Assembly: GCA_963731995.1 (NCBI GenBank)
Contig: CAVSXV010000013.1
Coordinates: 121,165-185,164 of the forward strand
Source of the DNA: an uncultured Chloroflexia bacterium
GTDB taxonomy: Bacteria; Chloroflexota; Limnocylindria; Limnocylindrales; CSP1-4
DNA: 64,000 bases
Reading direction: 5' to 3'
Both the position numbers and the translations under genes were made by a program. The notes below the pieces were generated by a model. It did not search any database, had not been told where the DNA came from, and saw nothing but the letters and a program-made list of their open reading frames with translations. Positions 60,196-64,000 of this stretch are shown piece after piece (within the stretch, counting starts at the first letter, position 1; every line of letters begins with the position of its first letter).

Positions 60196-61604
60196 GGTCG
60201 GTTCCAGCCTAGACGACGCGGCGCCGTCGGGGTCTCCGCGACGACCATCTCGGCCGAAGAGCCGATCGGTGTCTCGCGCTGGGCGATCGAGCGGATAGCC
60301 ACCTGGTTGCCCACGTCATGCCCGGCGCGCTCCGACAGCAGCCAGCGGACCTCGAGCAGGTCGCAGTAGGCCTGCACGGGGTCGATGTCTTCGCCCATCA
60401 CCTCGGTGAGCTGACCCACCACCGGTTCGAAGATCTCCAGGGTCCAGCGAGCACCATCGTGGCGCGTCAGGGTGCGGCCACTGGCGCCCTCCTTCGAGTC
60501 CCAGTCCCCGGCCCAGCCCATGCCGGCCCAGGCGGTGAGGTCGTTGAGCAGGATGGCCGACTGACCCTCGCCGGCCTCGATGCCGGTGAGTTGGCGCAGG
60601 CGCCGGGAGTGGTAGTCACGCCCGGCCACGGCTACGCGCAGGCGCAGGTCGCCCGAGCCGTCCTCGCCCGGCTCCAGGATGACCTCGTCGACGACGTAGC
60701 CCAGCTCGTTGATATCCCGCAGGCGCCTGGCCACGCGATGGGCCTTGTCGGGCCGGATGGTCACGTCCGCATGGAGGACGTGCCACAGCTTCTCGTAGCG
60801 ATCGCGGATGCTCAGGGCAGCCTCGAAGTCGTCGTCCATCTCCTCCATCGACTTGCCGTTCATGATGCCCATGTCAGCGAGGTCACCCGCGACGTTCTCG
60901 ATGGCGATCTCGATGTCGGCCTCGCGCTGGCCATCCGAGATACGCTCGTGCAGCTCGCTGGTCTCGCCATCGACGAGGTAGGCCTGCAGCCGCTGGCCGT
61001 CGCGCATCAGCAGCGTGTTGGCCAGCGAGCAATCGCCCCAGAACATGCCCATGCGATGGATCTCCACGAGCAGGCCGGTCATCGAATCGAGGAGCTGGTC
61101 GCGATAGCGCCCGGCGCCCTCGGGCAGGCGCATGAACAGGCGCCGGAACTGGAACGAACGTGAGAGGTAGCGGGTGAGGATGATCGCGCTCTGGTCACCG
61201 GTCCGCGTGACCAGCCCGTAGGCCTTGACCGAGGGTGCCTGTCGTGCCTCCAGCTCGCGCAGCACGTCGTACTCCCGCTGGCCGACCTCGATCGGCAGCT
61301 CCTTGAGGGCGATGATGTGGCCGTCGACCATGGTGAAGCGCACGGTGTGCCGGCTGGCGCCGACCGGCAGGTCGACGAACTCGAGATCGGGACCGGACCA
61401 CTTGGCCAGCGGCGTATCCCAGGGCATCGCCACCAACGCCTGGTTCGACTCTCGGAAGCGCATCGTGATACGTCCAGGCTCGAAGGGTTCGATCTCGGAT
61501 ACCGGGATGGCATCGGGATCGGGCTCCTCTGGCCCGCGCATGGGCTCACCGTCCCACGCCAGGGTGGCCTCGGTGAAGGGCTCGTGGCCGATGTGTTCTT
61601 CCAT
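60192..61604 (-). CDS. DUF4032 domain-containing kinase-like protein
   Basis: PWDTPL..W, G.SRH.VRF, ALKEL, G.FWGDCSLANTL, AYLVD.ET.ELH, D..QAYCDLLE.RWLLSERAG.DVG; start at MEEHIG. Confidence 0.85.
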   Translation of the reverse strand: MEEHIGHEPFTEATLAWDGEPMRGPEEPDPDAIPVSEIEPFEPGRITMRFRESNQALVAMPWDTPLAKWSGPDLEFVDLPVGASRHTVRFTMVDGHIIALKELPIEVGQREYDVLRELEARQAPSVKAYGLVTRTGDQSAIILTRYLSRSFQFRRLFMRLPEGAGRYRDQLLDSMTGLLVEIHRMGMFWGDCSLANTLLMRDGQRLQAYLVDGETSELHERISDGQREADIEIAIENVAGDLADMGIMNGKSMEEMDDDFEAALSIRDRYEKLWHVLHADVTIRPDKAHRVARRLRDINELGYVVDEVILEPGEDGSGDLRLRVAVAGRDYHSRRLRQLTGIEAGEGQSAILLNDLTAWAGMGWAGDWDSKEGASGRTLTRHDGARWTLEIFEPVVGQLTEVMGEDIDPVQAYCDLLEVRWLLSERAGHDVGNQVAIRSIAQRETPIGSSAEMVVAETPTAPRRLGWNRP

Positions 61605-61655
61605 CGGCGGCAAGTCTAGGGGGTCCCGCGGCGACCGACCGGGATCGCGGATACG

Positions 61656-62327
61656 ATGGGGCGCATGCCGTCCACCTCGATCCGACCGTCTATCACGCTG
61701 CCCGGCCCCTGGCACGGCGTGGTCTTCGACATGGACGGGCTCCTCGTGCACACCGAACGCCAGTGGCTGCAGGCCAAGCTCGAGCTGTTCAAGCGCTACG
61801 ACCGGGAGCTCACGGCGGCCGACAAGGCCGCGGTCTTCGGTTTCGCAGACCTGCAGTCGGTGACCTACTTCGCGGAGCGGTTCGACCTGCCCTCGGAGCG
61901 TGTGCCCGAACTCCAGACGGAGTATCTCGACATCGTCGGGGAGCTGATCGACGGAGGGATCGAGATCACCGCCGGCGCCCCGGAGCTGGTCGACCACCTG
62001 CGGCATCGGGTGCCCATCGCCCTGGCTTCGAACACGCGGCGGACGCTGGTGGACCGCATCCTCGCGCACACGCCGTTCGCGGGCTCGTTCGAGGCCATCG
62101 CCACGGGCGACGAGGTCCCGCCCAAACCGGCCCCGGACGTCTATCTCCTGGCCTGCCAACGCATCGGTGTGGAACCCAGCTCGGCGGTCGCGGTGGAGGA
62201 CTCGCCTACCGGCGTGAAGGCGGCGCACGCGGCCGGGCTCACCTGCATCGGCGTGCCCAGCGATCGCGACCATCCGCTGGCCGAGGCCGACTTCGGGGTC
62301 AGGGCGCTGACCGACCTGCTCGCCTGA
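61656..62327 (+). CDS. HAD-IA family phosphatase (beta-PGM/CbbY-like)
   Basis: FDMDGLL, ASNT, KPAPDVY, VEDSPTG..AA.AAG. Confidence 0.9.
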   Translation: MGRMPSTSIRPSITLPGPWHGVVFDMDGLLVHTERQWLQAKLELFKRYDRELTAADKAAVFGFADLQSVTYFAERFDLPSERVPELQTEYLDIVGELIDGGIEITAGAPELVDHLRHRVPIALASNTRRTLVDRILAHTPFAGSFEAIATGDEVPPKPAPDVYLLACQRIGVEPSSAVAVEDSPTGVKAAHAAGLTCIGVPSDRDHPLAEADFGVRALTDLLA

Positions 62328-62351
62328 GCGCGCCTCGTTGACCCAAGCCAG

Positions 62352-62759
62352 ATGACCCGCCGGCTCATCCGCGTCGCCATCATCGCGGTGGCTCTGCTGA
62401 TCACCGCGCTGGCGGTCCCGGACATCGAGGTCGAGTGGTCCGACGACGCCGCAGGCATCGGCATCACGTTGGTGATCCTCGCGCTCGTGTTCGGCTTCAT
62501 CAACGCCTTCATCCGTCCGATCGCCAGACTCGTCTCGATCCCGCTCAACATCGCCACGCTGGGCCTCTTCTCGGTCGTGCTCAACGGAACATTGCTGCTG
62601 CTCGTGGCCTTCGTCGTGGACGTCGTGTTCGGTCCGCTCATCGTCATCGGTGGGTTCCCGCCAGACCTGAGCCTCGAGGCCGTGGGCGCGGCGGCGGTAG
62701 GCTCGTTCATCATCAGCGTCGCGAGCGCTGCGCTTACCATCCTCATCCCTGACGCCTGA
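62352..62759 (+). CDS. Four-TM phage-holin-family membrane protein (YvlD-like)
   Basis: ALVFGFINAFIRPI..L.SIPL...TLGLF..VLN motif. Confidence 0.85.
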   Translation: MTRRLIRVAIIAVALLITALAVPDIEVEWSDDAAGIGITLVILALVFGFINAFIRPIARLVSIPLNIATLGLFSVVLNGTLLLLVAFVVDVVFGPLIVIGGFPPDLSLEAVGAAAVGSFIISVASAALTILIPDA

Positions 62760-62770
62760 GGAGGACGGCC

Positions 62771-63193
62771 ATGACCCATCGCAAGGACCGCCAGCTGGTG
62801 GCTTCGGGCTCACCCTACGAGCAGACCGTCGGCTTCAGCCGAGCCGTGCGCGTCGGTGACCGCGTGGTCGTCGCGGGCACCGCACCCATCTGGCCCGACG
62901 GCCACGTCGATCCCGACCCGGAGGCACAGGCCCGACGATGTCTCGAGATCATGCTCGAAGCCCTCGCTGAGACCGGCGCAGGTCCTGGCGACGTCGTGCG
63001 CACCCGCAGCTTCATCACCGAGCCGAGTGTGCAGGATGCCGTCGGTCGGGCACACGGGTCGGTCTTCGGCACGATCCGCCCGGCCTCCACGATGGTCGTC
63101 GTGGCCGGCCTCGTGGACGAGCGCTGGTGCGTGGAGATGGAGGCCGAGGCCATCATCGGATCGGCAGCGGAGCTCTCGCCCGGGGATGGCTGA
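62771..63193 (+). CDS. RidA/YjgF family protein
   Basis: SGSPYEQTVGFSRAVRVG, DVVRTR, IRPASTMV, VEMEAEA. Confidence 0.9.
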   Translation: MTHRKDRQLVASGSPYEQTVGFSRAVRVGDRVVVAGTAPIWPDGHVDPDPEAQARRCLEIMLEALAETGAGPGDVVRTRSFITEPSVQDAVGRAHGSVFGTIRPASTMVVVAGLVDERWCVEMEAEAIIGSAAELSPGDG

Positions 63194-63211
63194 GGCGGTA
63201 GCATCGTGGGC

Positions 63212-63802
63212 ATGAGCCGGCGCATCATCGACCTCGATATGCCCGAGCGGTTCGCGACCGGGACGGCCGGCGAACCCGGGGAGCCCACGTTCTTCCTGCA
63301 GGCTGTGCAAGGCGGGCAGGTGACCACCGTGCAGCTCGAGAGGGAGCAGGTGTCCGTGCTGGCCGACCGCGTCCTGGCCATCATCGACGAGGTCGAGCGG
63401 CGCGGGCTGGCAGCGATCGCTGCAGGCACCGCGGGCATCCCCGACGAACGCCCGCTGGAGCAGCCGCTGCGCGAGGAGTTCCGGGTGGGCACGATGGTCA
63501 TCGCCTGGGACGAGGACGTGGACCGGCTCGTGGTGGAGGCGCGTTCGGTGACCTTCGATGCCGGCGCCGGAGACGTGGCCCTCCGAGACGACGACGAGTT
63601 CGACGACGACGACATCCCTGACGACGCACCCATCGGGCCCGACGTGCTGCGGGTACACCTGACGCCGATCATGGCCCAGCAGTTCGCCCGGCGCGCCAAC
63701 AGCGTGGTCGCCGGCGGACATCCGACCTGCCCCTACTGTGGCGCGGTCCTGGAACCCACCGGGCACTTCTGCTCGCGCCACTTCGACGACCTCGTCCACT
63801 GA
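63212..63802 (+). CDS. DUF3090 family protein
   Basis: RF..GT.GEPG..TFFLQA, LEREQV..LA, PLEQPL.EEFRVG.M...WD, C-terminal CPYC..L.PTGHFC. Confidence 0.88.
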   Translation: MSRRIIDLDMPERFATGTAGEPGEPTFFLQAVQGGQVTTVQLEREQVSVLADRVLAIIDEVERRGLAAIAAGTAGIPDERPLEQPLREEFRVGTMVIAWDEDVDRLVVEARSVTFDAGAGDVALRDDDEFDDDDIPDDAPIGPDVLRVHLTPIMAQQFARRANSVVAGGHPTCPYCGAVLEPTGHFCSRHFDDLVH

Positions 63803-63855
63803 CCAGCCGAGACGGCGACATCGAGCCGGCGACCACCAGCACCAAGGAGCGGACC

Positions 63856-64000
63856 ATGCGCCGAACACCAACGATCGTCAGTGCCTTCGTGGCGGCCGTG
63901 CTGGTCGCGAGCGCCCTGGGGGCACCCGTGACCGCAGCCTCGAGTGACGTGGCGCTGACGCGAATCCTCGGCGGCTACTCGCGGCCGGTGCTGGTGACCC
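63856..64000 (+). CDS. Secreted protein, N-terminal part only (possibly a PQQ-dependent sugar dehydrogenase-like beta-propeller)
   Basis: AAGGAG RBS, ATG 63856, signal peptide, then VALTRILGGYSRPVLVT; runs off the window end. Confidence 0.5.
   Translation, partial: MRRTPTIVSAFVAAVLVASALGAPVTAASSDVALTRILGGYSRPVLVT

Noticed and set aside
62352-62759. Holin-family gene as evidence of a prophage
   Set aside because: YvlD-type four-TM proteins are common chromosomal genes; no endolysin, integrase or structural genes nearby.
60192-62813. 873-aa minus-strand ORF suggesting a giant DUF4032 fusion
   Set aside because: The first ~400 aa are the antisense shadow of the well-supported HAD and holin-like genes; the recognisable protein starts at 61604.

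Overview
GC-rich (roughly 70% by eye), gene-dense bacterial chromosomal segment with about 58 protein-coding genes. I see no rRNA, tRNA, CRISPR array, transposase, integrase or prophage. The gene content (F420-dependent reductase, MsiK, DUF4032, DUF3090, AztABC, ECF/anti-sigma pair, many acidic secreted proteins) suggests a monoderm Chloroflexota/Actinomycetota-like organism; this is inference only. The left third holds PiT phosphate transporter plus DUF47, tryptophanase, an M23 peptidase, AzlCD, an AztABC-type zinc ABC importer divergent from a SCO-PCuAC-DsbA operon across a perfect Zur-type palindrome, Ndh, small regulator modules, OtsA-OtsB and malic enzyme. The 23.5-59.3 kb stretch is a large carbohydrate-utilisation region with three parts: starch (GH13 amylopullulanase, MalEFG-like, GH57), xylo-oligosaccharide (XylB, GH3, ABC, LacI, CE7) and beta-mannan/cello-oligosaccharide (Opp-type ABC, GH1, GH130, LacI with CelR/CebR boxes), plus a shared MsiK ATPase. 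The best leads are (i) the putatively Zur-controlled copper-chaperone operon, (ii) two unrelated ~170-180 bp intergenic rod-like inverted-repeat elements that each carry a 16-bp ACGCGT-centred palindrome, (iii) a cysteine-free Rrf2 regulator with a perfect 13-1-13 operator, (iv) an ECF sigma whose partner carries tandem YbaY-like domains, and (v) an epimerase-fold unknown gene beside xylB in a cluster lacking xylA. None is proven novel from sequence alone. A ~570 bp tandem duplication and at least six single-base indels in otherwise intact genes suggest assembly or consensus errors.
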